Assembly (NCBI RefSeq): GCF_006345805.1
Contig: NC_042999.1
Location: 122,512,001 to 122,576,000 of the forward strand
Origin: Octopus sinensis
Lineage: Eukaryota
Length of the DNA: 64,000 bases
Direction: 5' to 3'
Made by a program: the position numbers and the translations under genes. Each line of letters begins with the position of its first letter. The first letter of the stretch is position 1. Of the stretch, positions 12,566 through 25,253 are shown in pieces. The notes beneath the pieces are model-generated. The model saw only the letters and a program-made list of their open reading frames with translations. It did no database searches and was not told where the DNA came from.

Positions 12566-14571
12566 ACAAGTAACTAGTATAGTGCCAACATAATCTACAG
12601 CATAAGTCTAATGGTCCAGCAACCCTTTCTGTCTCCATTCCCTTAATTACTAACCATGTTTATACTAACTCTTACATCTTGTTTATCTGTTACCTCCTAG
12701 CTATCTAAAAATATCAGTTTAGAAGTTGTGCCCTTATTTACCAATTTCTTTGATAAACAGTACATTTTTGCCATCATTGCATATGTATGTAAGCATGTGT
12801 GTATGTATATATGTGTGTGTATAAACACATATATACATAGTGAAAGAAAGAATGAAAAGAAAGAGAAAAATTAAACATGATTCTCTATCTTCTAATGCTT
12901 TTATGCTAAATGTTGGAGAAATTGGTTAATAACATTTGAATCTTTCATATATAAATAATATCATTTAATCATTTACACTCACTGAATGATATTTGACAAA
13001 ATGTGATTCATCTAATGAAAAATGAATTTCATTCCAAGGAGACTTTATAGCCTCACTACTATCAGAAGTTAGTTGGGTAGACTCCGTTAAAGTTAATATT
13101 TTCCTGTTACTAGTACCACAGTGTGCGTGAGTAAGACATTTATCATGCATAATTATGAAATCAATATTTCTTTTAGAATTACACTTTATTTTTTATGAAC
13201 TCCATAATTTTAGCACTTTCAAGAAACACTTAACTTGCATCTTATCATCCAAACTAAAGTATGATTCCTTATTTGTCATATTTGTTTGAATCCACATCTA
13301 ATGTATCTTCTGACTATATTTTAGTCTACTTATGGTGACAAACTTTATTGAGAGAATAACAAAAATCATACTAGAAAAATTTATACAGCAAGGTAAAACA
13401 ATATTAGTTATTTGCTAATATTATCTTAGTTCTTTTGGCAAGTATGGGAGATAACTTCAGATAACTTTCAATGTTATTAAAACTTCTCAGAGAAGCAAAA
13501 CTTCATCATACTTGTCAGAACAATGATAAATCATTAAGTTTATGTTTCGTTCAGATCTAAGATAATATCATACTCAGAGTTGTCTCCCATACTTCCTAAA
13601 CAGTTTTTCCTTCATTGCGCAATTTTTATGGACTTTCCATTAAATTCATTAACACTAACATAACTTGACTATTATTTTTCATATGAATAGCATTTAGGTA
13701 TAATTACAACCCCCAAAACCACCAAAATAATTACAAACCCCCAAATCACATTAATTTGGATGACTTAAGCACTGTTAGTACTAGGAGCTAAATTTTAATC
13801 TCTAAACATTTAGATTTTCCTGTTTCAACAGATGTCAATTTAGTTATTCTGTCATCTCTACTTTGGCAAGTACTGTGAAATCTCTGCTTCACTGAAGAGT
13901 TCTAATAATATTGATGTTGTCTCCCTTATATTTACCTAAAGACTCAAAATGGTATTATCTAATGACTTAGGTTGTTTCCTTTCACATTAATTAGCTTTCT
14001 AACATTCTCTGCTTTAAATAGATTCTTATTAACTTGAATATTGTTTTTACATGAAAATGCCACCAAAGAGATATTCTCAGAACATTACTACTCTACTAAA
14101 ATCATCAAGGTACCACATCTTCAAACATGAAGAGTATTCACTGAGTAGTATCCAAAATCCTTTTTCTTTGAAATGTATTTTATTTCAATTTCCATATTCA
14201 TATGATTCCTGCAAATAATTTACAGATTGTCAAATGAAAAAAGAAATTTCTCTTTTGATGTTTTTAATATTTTTTTTTTTTGCACTTGCATCATATCTTG
14301 GTTACAATGATTTAAAGACTTCTCTTTATCTACTAAATGATTTCTTTGAGAGTAATTTCTTTACAGAAGGAACTAAAATCGTATGATCAAGAAATTTAAT
14401 AACTTTTAAATGTCAGACTTGCTTTTATCATTAACGCATATAGAAAGAAACAAAATGGAAACAAATGATTAATTTTGCTACAAAATTAGAACAGTTCTCA
14501 ATAAATTGTTAGATCCAAATGCTGTTTCTGCTTTATGTAGTTTAAATTTCAAATAAATGAATAGATAATAA

Positions 14572-14722
14572 TCATCATCATCATTTAACGTCTGCTTTCC
14601 ATGCTAGCATGGGTTGGACTGAGGACTGGCGAACTAGATGGCTGCGCCATGCTCCAATCTGATCTGGCAGAGTTTCTACAGCTGGATGCCCTTCCTAATG
14701 CCAACTACTCCAAGAGTGTAGT
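14572..14722 (-). mobile_element. RTE-type 3' end
   Basis: (CAT)n followed by 'ttaacgtctgctttccatgctagcatgggttggac'. Confidence 0.75.
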
Positions 14723-14756
14723 ATAATTTATGCTGCACTGCCATGACCAGGATAGC

Positions 14757-15425
14757 ATGGTTTCAAGTTTTGGCATAAGGCCAGCTATTTTAAGAGTCAG
14801 TGTTTAGTCAAGTAAATTAACCCTAGTTTTCAACTGGAACTTATTTTATCAACCACAAAATGGTGAAAGGCTAAGTCGACCTCAGCAGAATTTCAACTCA
14901 GAACATATAGAGCCAGAAAAAGCTGCTAAGCATTTTGTCTGATGTGCAGCTGATTCTAGAAGCTTGCTGCCTTAATAAAAATACTACTAATAATACTGGT
15001 TTCAAATCTTGGCATAGAATCAACTGTTTTTGAGAGAAGGAGTGAGTGAATTACATTGATCCCAGTACTTGACTGGTATTTATTTCCTTGATCCTGAAAT
15101 AATGACTGGCAAAGTCAGCCTCAGTGGAATTTGATCTCAAAACATAAAACTAGATGAAACACCACTAAGCATTTTGTCTGGCATGCTAACAATTCTTCTT
15201 GCTCACTACCTTGCATACTCCTACTACTAAAAATAATTATAATTTTGATCAGGCTAAAATTTTATTACAGTTTTATCTGTAATAATTTTTATTGCATGAA
15301 GTGGATTAGCTGTTTGAGGGAGAGTAAAGACATTTATATTGATCTTAGTATTTGACTGATATTTATTTTATTGACCTCAGAAGGTTGAAACCTATGGAAT
15401 TTGAACTCAGAACGTAGTGAGCCAT
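14757..15425 (-). mobile_element. Three consecutive family B SINE copies (~14757-14975, 14995-15212, 15300-15425)
   Basis: Repeated 'aaagtcgacctcagcagaatttcaactcagaac...ctaagcattttgtc' with tRNA-like B box on the minus strand; the body resembles Nin-domain SINEs (recalled, not searched). Confidence 0.7.
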
Positions 15426-16013
15426 GAACAAATAATGCAAGCAAAACAATATATAATCCTATACTGTCTCTATCAATTCTTAAATATTGAGGTTTTGTTC
15501 ATGTTAATAAATTTTGGTATTTCTTTTATACTTATACATGTTTTAGCCTCTTGCTTTTGGACATTCTAGACAGAATCATCAATGTTGGTATACCAACATT
15601 TTTCCAAGACATTATTGTGTATATTGATTTATAAAAGTAAGAAAAGAAATTTTTGTTCAATTTCACTAAGATGCTATACAGAATTATAAACAATTACATT
15701 CAAGCATGTAATCTCAAAGTTTAAAATTAACTGTAAAGATGTTCTTATATAAAAAGCAAACAAAATGAAAATTCCTCCAAAAATTTCAAAACTGTTTATG
15801 ATTTACTGTTATTGAATTTCATGCTCTATTTTCAAAACTTGATTTAGTTATATGCTCAGTTTCATTTCCTTTAGAAAAATCAATGGAACTTATGAGAGTT
15901 AAGAATAAACATATTTGTTTTAAGCCCTATTCTACTAAATCTAGCATTATGTGTCTGTGTTTTGAGCATGAAGGAATTGTTACTTAAATATTGTTTTAAC
16001 ACTCTATCTTAAG

Positions 16014-16137
16014 GGAAATAAAAAGTTTCTGTAAATTATTCTACCAAGAAAAGCAGTGGCTGGAAAATTTGACCAATATCTTTGTACCTGGACTCCCAAT
16101 CAATTATCGATATCAGTCTTACAAAAGGATGTTACAA
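16014..16137 (+). CDS. Candidate coding exon, product unrecognised
   Basis: Acceptor 'ctatcttaag|' just after an in-frame stop; open frame EIKSFCKLFYQEKQWLENLTNIFVPGLPINYRYQSYKRMLQ; donor 'CAA|gtaagc'. Confidence 0.3.
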
Positions 16138-17872
16138 GTAAGCTGAGAATTCAAGATCTACAAATATATTCAAGTTTTTGAAAGACAACCATGTTGAAAC
16201 ATCACCTTTATTTGAATCATTCATTTATAAGTGTCATTATCAATCAAAATTTGGAATATATGATTTTAAACATGCTTTGCCATCAAAAAGCAAAAATATT
16301 TAAATTTGGATAGCTAATTTCTAAAATGCTACATTTTATTTTAATTTTAAAATCATATCAATACTTAGAAATTATATAGACACTTGTTGACCTTGCTGGA
16401 AATTATGATGGATGAGAATGCTCTGTTATTTAGGCTAATAACTTCTATGATAGAATTTGATTAATGTGTAGCCCAGCACTTTTATGGAGCAAAATTGAAG
16501 CCTGATTAATTAGTTCTGCTCATGTATTATACATTTGTCCATTCATTTTCTTTGCATTTCTTCACAATAAAGCTTTGCCATTACAAGTTTGAACTTGACT
16601 ATGCAGGGGTGGGCACTATATGGAACAAGAATAAACAAATGAGTTGGAGGTGCTTGATTGGCAGTAGCATGAGACTGACCATCTCCAAGAAGTAGGGGTC
16701 ACTACAGTAGTGGTGTGAGAGAGAGAGAGAGAGAAAGGGAGAGAGAGAAGGAGAAAGAGAGAGTGAGCAAGGAGATTAGTCTCTTGTAGAACAGACACTA
16801 TAATGTGTTTTGTGAGCAGCTTCATGCCAATCAGCTGGTTGACCTTTCTTTGGATGCAGACTGTAATATCTGTGTGCAGCTCCAGCTTCATTAACCAGAA
16901 TTATATTCAGGATTATGCTGTATGCAGAGAGAGACAGTGCGGTCAGTAACTTAAGTATTTTCTGATATTCAAATAGAAGGTAAATCTTTTCTATGTAAAT
17001 CTTTATTATTAGTCAACTGGTTAAATATATATCCAATTTCTTGTATGTGACACTATAAAATATGTTTCAAGACATGAATTCATATGAAGAATCTTGCAAA
17101 ACAAAAACAGAAACGAAGTACAATTAGTAAGGTTTTCTTGACGTGTGAAGCAGTTGTTTCTTTTAGCTACTGAATGAGAAATTTTGCATTGTGAATGATG
17201 TTTAAGCATTGAATTTTAGGAACTAATAAAGGACGGTGTTATTTGAGTAGCAGATGTGTGGGTGGGTAAAGTGAAACCAGAATTAATGAAGGTGTGGGAT
17301 AGAAAGAGCTCAATGTGGCAACAGTGTACTCTGATAAAAATATCATTCCAAGAAACACAAGTTAGATGGCAGGTGGATTTTCTATTATATATACCAGACA
17401 CTACTGAAAGTTTTACTGGTTTCAAGAGTATTCTATTTGCACTTTAAGGTCAAATCCCATCAAGGTAAACTTAGTTTTTCATCCTATTCAGTCAATAAAT
17501 ACAATACTGATGTTAATTTTACTCCCTTTCTCTCCAGAAGAAATTGGCGAGAATCAAATCTGGAGTAGGAAGGACTCAACCAGACTGAGATGTCCAAGAC
17601 ATGGTATTTGTCATGATGATACCTCTCCATTTCCATCAGTAACAGAGAGTTCAAAGAAGTAGACACACAGAATACTCTGATTACCAAACATTACATTTGT
17701 GTATGAATATGCACACACACACACACACATAAATCCTCAGGCTTATATACCCCAATATTTGATTATTTTCTATAGCCAATACAACATGAATACTTAAAAG
17801 CTTCAAACATATAATTATTTACAGAATTTTCACTCATCACTGTTTCTTAATTTAATGCAGAGTATATACATA

Positions 17873-17904
<32 letters not shown>

Positions 17905-17905
<1 letters not shown>

Positions 17906-18050
17906 AGTTTACTTCCCTACTACATGGTTCTGGGTTCAGTCCCACTGCATGGTATCTCAGGAGAGTGTCTTCTATAGCCTTGGGCCAACCAAAGCTTTGT
18001 GAGTGGATTTGGTAGATGGACACTGAAAGAAGTCTGTTGTATATATCTAT
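17905..18050 (+). mobile_element. Family A SINE head
   Basis: 'catggttctgggttcagtcccactgcatgg...gtgagtggatttggtagatggacactgaaagaag'. Confidence 0.7.
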
Positions 18051-18069
18051 ATATAAATTGTAGTTGTGA

Positions 18070-18384
18070 TAGCCATGCTGGTAGCATGTAAAAAGTACCA
18101 TTTGAATGTGACTGATGCTAGCACCACCTTGACTGGTTTCTGTACCAGTGGCATGTAAAAAGCACCAACCGATCATGGCCGTTGCCAGCCTCCTCTGGCC
18201 CCTGTGGTGGTGGCACGTAAAAAGCACCCACTACACTCACGTAGTGGTTGGCATTAGGAAGGGTATTCAGCTGTAGAAACACTGCCAAATCAGACTGGAG
18301 CCTGGTGCAGCCTCCTTGTTTCCCAGACCCCAGTTGAACCGACCAGCATGGAAGACGGATGTTAAACGATGATGATGATGATGA

Positions 18385-18387
<3 letters not shown>
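18070..18387 (+). mobile_element. RTE-type 3' end with internal repeats and (GAT)n tail
   Basis: Repeated 'gtggca(c/t)gtaaaaagcacc' followed by the shared terminal segment. Confidence 0.8.
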
Positions 18388-18435
<48 letters not shown>

Positions 18436-18585
18436 GAGAGAGAGGGAGAAAGAGATAGTAAAGAGAGAGAGAGAGAGAGAGACAGATGAATATGTTTTTG
18501 CCACATATTTGATAATTAACTTTAAACTGCCTGACCCATGTGAGCATGTGTGTGTGTGTATATGTGTATACAAGTGTGTACACAT

Positions 18586-18785
18586 ATCATCATCATCATC
18601 ATCATCATCATCACCAGCGTTTAACGTCCTTCTTTCATGCTGTCATGGTTTGGAGAGTTTGATAGGAGCTTGCCAGACAGAAGCCTGCAACAGACTTCTG
18701 TGTCTGTTTTGGCATGGTCTTTTACAGCTGGATACTCTTCCTTGGACCAACCAATCCGCAGAGTGGGCTGAGTGCTTTTTACATG
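18586..18785 (-). mobile_element. RTE-type 3' end
   Basis: (CAT)n followed by 'gtttaacgtccttctttcatgctg...tttacagctggata'. Confidence 0.7.
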
Positions 18786-19157
18786 GTAATGGCTCAAAGA
18801 GCCATGGAGAGGTCAATGCTTGGAATCTTGTTGAGAGAGCACATCAGTAGCGGGGTCACCAGAGAGAAGTCCGGCATGAGGGATGTCATCGTTGAATATA
18901 CACACAGCAAATTTAGATGGGCTTGTCATGTCCCCCGGCTCACCGATAATCAGTGGACCTGTGCAGTTGTTGAGTGGTACCTGCGCGAGTGGAAACAACC
19001 ACTCGGAAGGCCTCCACAACAGTGGAGTTACGATTTCAGGAGGGCAATTGGGATCACGTGGATGAGAAAGGCTTAATCCAGAGAGGAGTGGACATCATGC
19101 TGTGACCAGTGGTGTCAAATGGACGCCCGACGGACTGGTCGGTCAAGGTGATCAAGG

Positions 19158-19159
<2 letters not shown>
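18786..19159 (+). mobile_element. 5'-truncated RTE-clade LINE (C-terminal ORF end), distinct family
   Basis: AQRAMERSMLGILLRE...KFRWACHV.RLTDNQWT..VVEWY..EWKQPLGRPPQQWS matches the RTE C-terminal pattern 'AQRAMERxMLG...KWxWAGH...RxxGRPxxRW'; ends at (TA)n. Confidence 0.85.
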
Positions 19160-19195
<36 letters not shown>

Positions 19196-20164
19196 GAAAA
19201 GTCATGTGTAACTCTCTCTCTCTCTATATATATACATATATATGAAAAGTCATGTGTAACTATATCTTTATGTATTATATTGTGTGAAATTTGATTTAGT
19301 ATTTCTAAATTGAATTTGTTTCCTTGTAAGTTTGGATTTTATTCCCTCAAATAATAATTATTATATATATATATATGAATGAAAAGTCATGTGTAACTCA
19401 AGAGAACAATAACATTCAGTATGCAAAAATTCAGAAAGATAACAACAATGTTGCCATTAGTATTGATGATTATAATGAAGATGACACAGACAATCACTGG
19501 TGGTGGTGAAAGTGATGGTATACTTGAAGGTTGAATTAATCATAATTTCAGACTAACTTAAAAGTTATGTATTGGTGTAAGTAATAAGTTGTACATTCAA
19601 AAATACTGAATTCTGCAAGTGAATCTTCCATAAGTATTGCTACTACAATACAGTTCTTTTGAATGTACATGTAATGATAATAGTTTAGGGAGCAGGGAGT
19701 GTCTTTCAGTTTATTTGTTGGTTTCATTCTAAATGCCAAAGTTCAGAACTATATCCTTAAGAACTTTTGTAATCTGAATGTAATGGACTACCAGGTCTCA
19801 TAGTATGTGTCCTCACTAGCTTTTATGTGTAGTGAGTCTTAAGAATAATCCATATTGCTGAAATTTTAGTAGTTTGAACTTCTGCAGTGATATTCATGAA
19901 TATGATTATAAATAAAAGAGTCTAAGAAAGATGCTTTGCAGTTGGTTATTTGTTGAATGAGATTTTTCATATTAAGAAAGCTATTAGCTGCAATCATTTG
20001 ATGTCTGTAATTCAGAAAATCAGCGGAAAGCTAGACTCCTAGCTTTCGTTAAATGACAAAGGTTATGTTAGGGAATACCATAGTCCAAGAATGAACAAAT
20101 GTGTGTGTGTGTGTGTGCATGTATGTATGTATGTATATATCATCATTTTATATATATATATAAT

Positions 20165-20420
20165 AATAATAACATGAGGGAATATTATTCCAAACTTACA
20201 AGGAAAAATTCAATTTAGAAATACTATGATAGATCGGTAGCCACTACACACATTTTTTTCTCTCCTTGTTTCTTTCTGCGTTCCTTTCTGTAGAAGAGCA
20301 TAGGCTCAAAACATAAAAGACTTTTTCAATTCCTGAGCGTTATACTAATACATCTGTTTGTTTTTTACACCACCTGTCTTCGTCTTTTGTTTGTTTTTTT
20401 TTCATGAATTCTCCCTATGT
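20165..20420 (+). mobile_element. Probable PLE-type terminal stub between (TA)n tracts, with HHR-like motif at 20284-20319
   Basis: CTTT-CTGTAGA-A-GAGC(ATAG)GCTC-AAAA-CAT-A-AAAG. Confidence 0.45.
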
Positions 20421-20649
20421 ATATATATATAAGCATTTTTCATCATTTAACATCTATGTTCTTTGCTGGCATGGGTTAGATGGGGATCTGGCAGGTTAGA
20501 AGACTGCATCATCCTCCATGATTTCTACAGCTTATGCCCTTCCTTTTTGTATGACATATTAGTTATTGATGATTAAATCCTTGAAAACGATGTTACGGTT
20601 TATTGATATTTTGAATAAAAAATTCAGTTTGTAATAAACTTATATAGTT

Positions 20650-21037
20650 TTATTCTTTTACTTGTTTCAGCCCTTTTGAATGTGGCCATGCAGGAGCACT
20701 GCCTTAAAGGGTTTTTAGTTGAAACAATCAACCCCAGAACTTATTCTTTGTAAGCCTAGTGCTTATGCTATCAGTCTCTTTTGCCAAACAGCTAAGTTAT
20801 GGAGACATCAGTTATCAAATGATGCTGGGGGGATAAACACAGACACAAAAACACACACATAAATATAAACAAGCACACACACACACACACACATATATAC
20901 ACGATGGGCTTCCTTCAGCTTTGGTCAGCCTGAGGCTATTGTTGAAGACACTTGCCCAAGTTAACATGCAGTGGGACTAAACCCAGAACCATGTTGTTGA
21001 GAAGCAAACTTCCTACCACACAGCCACATCTGCACCT
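20650..21037 (-). mobile_element. Family A SINE, near full length
   Basis: Collinear with the copies at 24825-25253 and 51275-51688. Confidence 0.8.
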
Positions 21038-21399
21038 ATATATTTAGCTCAATTTTATTCATAAAGGCTTCAACATTTTGACTTTTTTCCTTCAAAGTAC
21101 TATTTGGAAAACATCATAAAGGTTTGGTTGTATTTATTGTACTAGCTTTCTTAGTTTATTTATTTTTAATTATTGTTTTCCTACACCTCTGTTATTTGTC
21201 AGTAAGTTTCTTACATTATCTCTCATTTTCTTGTCTTTTTATACTCCAACTAAAAGAGGATGTATTCATTACTTTAGTTAGGCTTGTTGTAAAGAGAAAC
21301 GTATGTAGCAATGACCTGGTTGTGAAAGAATTACAGAGGATTTAGAATATGTAGAAAAAGTATTGAGTAAGTTGCTATGAATGGAATTGGTGTAGTAAA

Positions 21400-22135
21400 A
21401 CACTGAGTAGTGTAAGCACTCTGAGAGAAAAGTTGGACTTAAGAAGCATCAGATGTGGTGTGCAAGAGAGACGACTGCGCTGGTATGGTCACGTGTTGCA
21501 AATAGATGACAGCTGTGTGAAAATGTGTCACACTCTAGCAGTTGAGGGAACCTGTAGAAGAGGTAGACCCAGGAAGACCTGGGATGAAATGGTCAAGCAC
21601 GACAAGTGACCAAGACCTTTGGAGATATGCTATACTTGAAAAGACCCAGCAAGCCGAGTGAGACCATAACCGTGTCCTCTGCCAGTGCTGTATAACCAAC
21701 CCATTTAAGAGTACCCTTCAATCATTGGACAATAAACTATGCTTGCAAAGACCTGTTGAGACAAGTGAAATCACTTCCGTGGCTGATGACAGTACTACCT
21801 GATTGATACCCATGCCGGTAGCATGTAAATAGCACCATTCGAGTGTGGTCATTGCTAGTGCCGCCAGACTAGCTCCTATGCAGGTGGTACGTAAAAAGCC
21901 CCATTTGAGCATGGTCGATGCCAGTACTGTCTGACTGGCCCTTGTGCCAGTGGCATGTAAAAGCACCCACTATACTCTTGGAGTGGTTGGTGTCAGGAAG
22001 GGCATCCATCTGTAGAAACTTGCCAGATCAGATTGGAGTCTGGTGCAGCCTTCTGGCTCGCCTGCCTTCAATCCAACCGTCCAACCCATGCTAGCATGGA
22101 AAGCAGACATTAAACGATGATAATGATGATGGTGA
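21400..22135 (+). mobile_element. 5'-truncated RTE LINE: ORF end, 3' UTR and (GAT)n tail
   Basis: SVSTLREKLDLRSIRCGVQERRLRWYGHVL...VEGTCRRGRPRKTWDEMVKHD, then the shared 3' end. Confidence 0.85.
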
Positions 22136-24824
22136 TGAAGGTAATTGTTAGTATCTGAGAAGTAAATTTTTTGGAAATTACTTGTATTATTGTTGAATTC
22201 CAGAAGATAGAGAGGGTGTTGGAGATTGCTGTTTGAGGGTGATATGAAGAATACCACAGTACGAGACACTTTAAAGAATGGAAGTAACTGTAAAAGATTA
22301 GTAATTTCAACTAATGTATGTCAATTATATTCTGTGCTCTTACAATTCATTTACATGATCAGACTTAAATGTAAAACTATTTTAAATTTATTAGTAGATT
22401 CATTTTATTTTTGGTACTATAACATTTCATGTCCACATTTTGATGACACAGCAACAAAATTTTGTGTCAAACAAATTCCTGATATCTTCCAATTTTAACT
22501 CCTGAAACAAAATGTCCAATATGAATAATTTAATTGTAGATGGAAGCTTAATGAAGTAATTAAACTTTATGTGGAATTTTAAGGCAGAACTATGCTGTAA
22601 TGATGGCAACATATGTAATCTGTTTAACTGATGCCAGCTCTAAGATTAAATCCTGCCAAGTTTGATTTAATCTTGCAGTTGAAGTCAAGTGAATAAATAC
22701 CTTAAAACTCTTCCAGGTCAATTTTGGCTCTTTTTTTTTTTTTTGCTTGATTTTTTATATTTTCTGATGAGCAACAGAAATCATTCAGAAACAAATGCGT
22801 TACAATGTTGTAAGAGACAAGGATCATATTTTGTATCCAATCTAAAAATAATAACAATTCAAAACATCAAAACATCCTGAAATTTTCACTATTTTCGTTG
22901 CATTATTTATGAAATATTTTATATCAGTTTATCTATTTTTCTTTTTCTTTTTAGCAATTATTGATATAACCTTAAAGTTTTTTTTCTTTTATATCATTTA
23001 ATAAAAATCTTTCTGAAACAATATTATTCATTTGGTTATGATCAGAATATTCAGCCATATTTATGGATTTTGAGAATAAATGATTGAATAAACTTCAGTG
23101 ACATTTGAGCAACCGAGTAAGCATGAATCAAAGTATAAAGAGAAATGAAATAGAAGAATTATTCTAAATGACCAATATTCTCAAGTGAAAAACATTAACC
23201 TTTCAAAATAAACCAATAATGGATTTGATTATTGGCAAGGTGTCACATTAGATGATATATTATATTAAAGAAGCTTATATGCATCATAAAGAACGATATG
23301 TAGTAGAATTTGAGCATCAGATCACATTTTATTTTTTAGATTAAACAGTATTAAACAGTAAGATTAAGCTTAGTTAAATACATACTAATTCTGCAGTTGT
23401 CTGCTGTCCTTATTGAATTTTAAATACATCAAAATGACTTCATTAGAAGTATAAGTTTACATGCTCATTTTGCTTTCCTGTTTCTCTAAAATTCTCATCT
23501 CCATTGTGTTAATTATTATGGTCTAAAAAGTAAAGATGAACAACAAAATGAACTTGATAATTTTCCAAATTTTTACATCCATGATGTGCAGCTACATGCT
23601 GGTAGCAGTGTATCTATATTACACATAATATCTTCTTTCTCTTTTTATTAGATATAAATTTTTTATATATTTTTATAATCAAACTGTATCTTGACTCCCA
23701 TTCTCTATTTAATTTTCCTTTTTCTCTTTGCACTCAATATCATTCAATAACATAGAACATTACATTCAATAAATTGGAAAGGAAAATTCTTTTTGACATC
23801 TTTCTGTCGGTTTATACTACACAGAAGAGGGCTTCATTTAATGTTTTGCTTTATTGCTAGCTCATGAGCACTTCAAATATCAGATTTCAAAGGATAATGT
23901 ATTTTATACAGTATTTTATAAACCATAATGGCTTAGAAAACCTTTTCACACATCATAAATTACTTTGAATTTTGGATAGAGTATAGAATTGAAGTTGTTT
24001 AAAAGCCTAGTAAATAAGATTGCCATGGATTAAGGTTTGAATTATTGACTCATGTTGATCTGGTTTATGACATTTTAGGGATGAATTTATATATTAAATG
24101 TGATAAATGTACAAAAACTAAATCAACAGAAACTACATTTCAAGGTTATTGTGTTAATTAATTAATTAATTAATTAATTATGCACAACACATACCCTTCT
24201 CTCAAAAGTTTTCTTGTTGATATGAAGATTGCCAACAGCTAGATTGTATCTTGCAAAGCAATTTAAATATTACTATTTTCTAGCAGTCTCTTCACTAATT
24301 TGATACTGCAAATGTACCTGCAGAGAATTAAACATTATTGTGGAAAAACAAGTTTTAACTGAAGAAAAGATTACTATTGCATACAACCTTGAGAAGATAC
24401 AGGATTGATCATATTTAATATCAACCTGGGATGACAAATTCACTTTTTCCTAGGCATAGTGGAAAATTGTTTTAGTGCTGCATTTCCTTCATATCTCTAT
24501 CAAGTCAATTAGCATTAAAACTTCTTGTCAGTCAATCAGAATATTGTAAATTGAGTTGTGTCTTACCCAATACAGTATCTATAATAAGGTTTCAAGTCCT
24601 AGCTATGAAGTTAAAGTTCTAGTAGGTTATCCTATGGGATCTAATTATATTAGATAATAATCAGTTCTATTAAAGGAAAATAATACATTTTATTTTAAAG
24701 GAATTGTTAATAGATGTCTCCTTACATGCAATTAGTTATTATATGGTAAAAGACCATGATTTGTTATTTCTTAATATGAAAATTAATTTTATTTGCTGAA
24801 ATTAATTGTGATCCATTTCTTTTA

Positions 24825-25057
24825 TTTTATTTTACTTGTTTCAGTCATTTGACTGCAGCTATGCTGGAGCACTGCCTTTAGTCGAATCATATCGGCCCCA
24901 GGCCTTATTCTTTGTAAGCCTAGTACTTATTCTATCGGTTTCTTTTGCCAAACCACAAAGTTACAGGGACCTAAACACACCAGCATCGATTGTCAAGCGA
25001 TGTTGGGGGACAAACACAGATACACAACATATACACACAAACACACACACACACCAC

Positions 25058-25090
<33 letters not shown>

Positions 25091-25253
25091 TACGATGGGA
25101 TTATTTCAGTTTCTGTCTACCAAATCCACTCACAAGGCTTTGGTCAGCCCAAAGCTATAGTAGAAGACACTTGCCCAAGGTGGCATGCAGTGGAACTGAA
25201 CCCAGAACCATGTGGTTGGTAAGCAAGCTACATACCACACAGCCACTCCTGTG
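24825..25253 (-). mobile_element. Family A SINE, full length with internal (CA)/(TA) tract
   Basis: tRNA-like head at the right end ('ggagtggctgtgtggta...catggttctgggttcagttccactgc' on minus); collinear with 51275-51688. Confidence 0.85.

Noticed and set aside
13440-13595. 17-bp imperfect inverted repeat ~120 bp apart
   Set aside because: No TSD or second copy visible; at most an old MITE
18714-19076. 120-aa ORF as a host gene
   Set aside because: Chimera of an antisense repeat tail and an RTE ORF end
22764-22792. CTGATGA...GAAA motif
   Set aside because: No room for stem II and only weak A/T stem I; chance match
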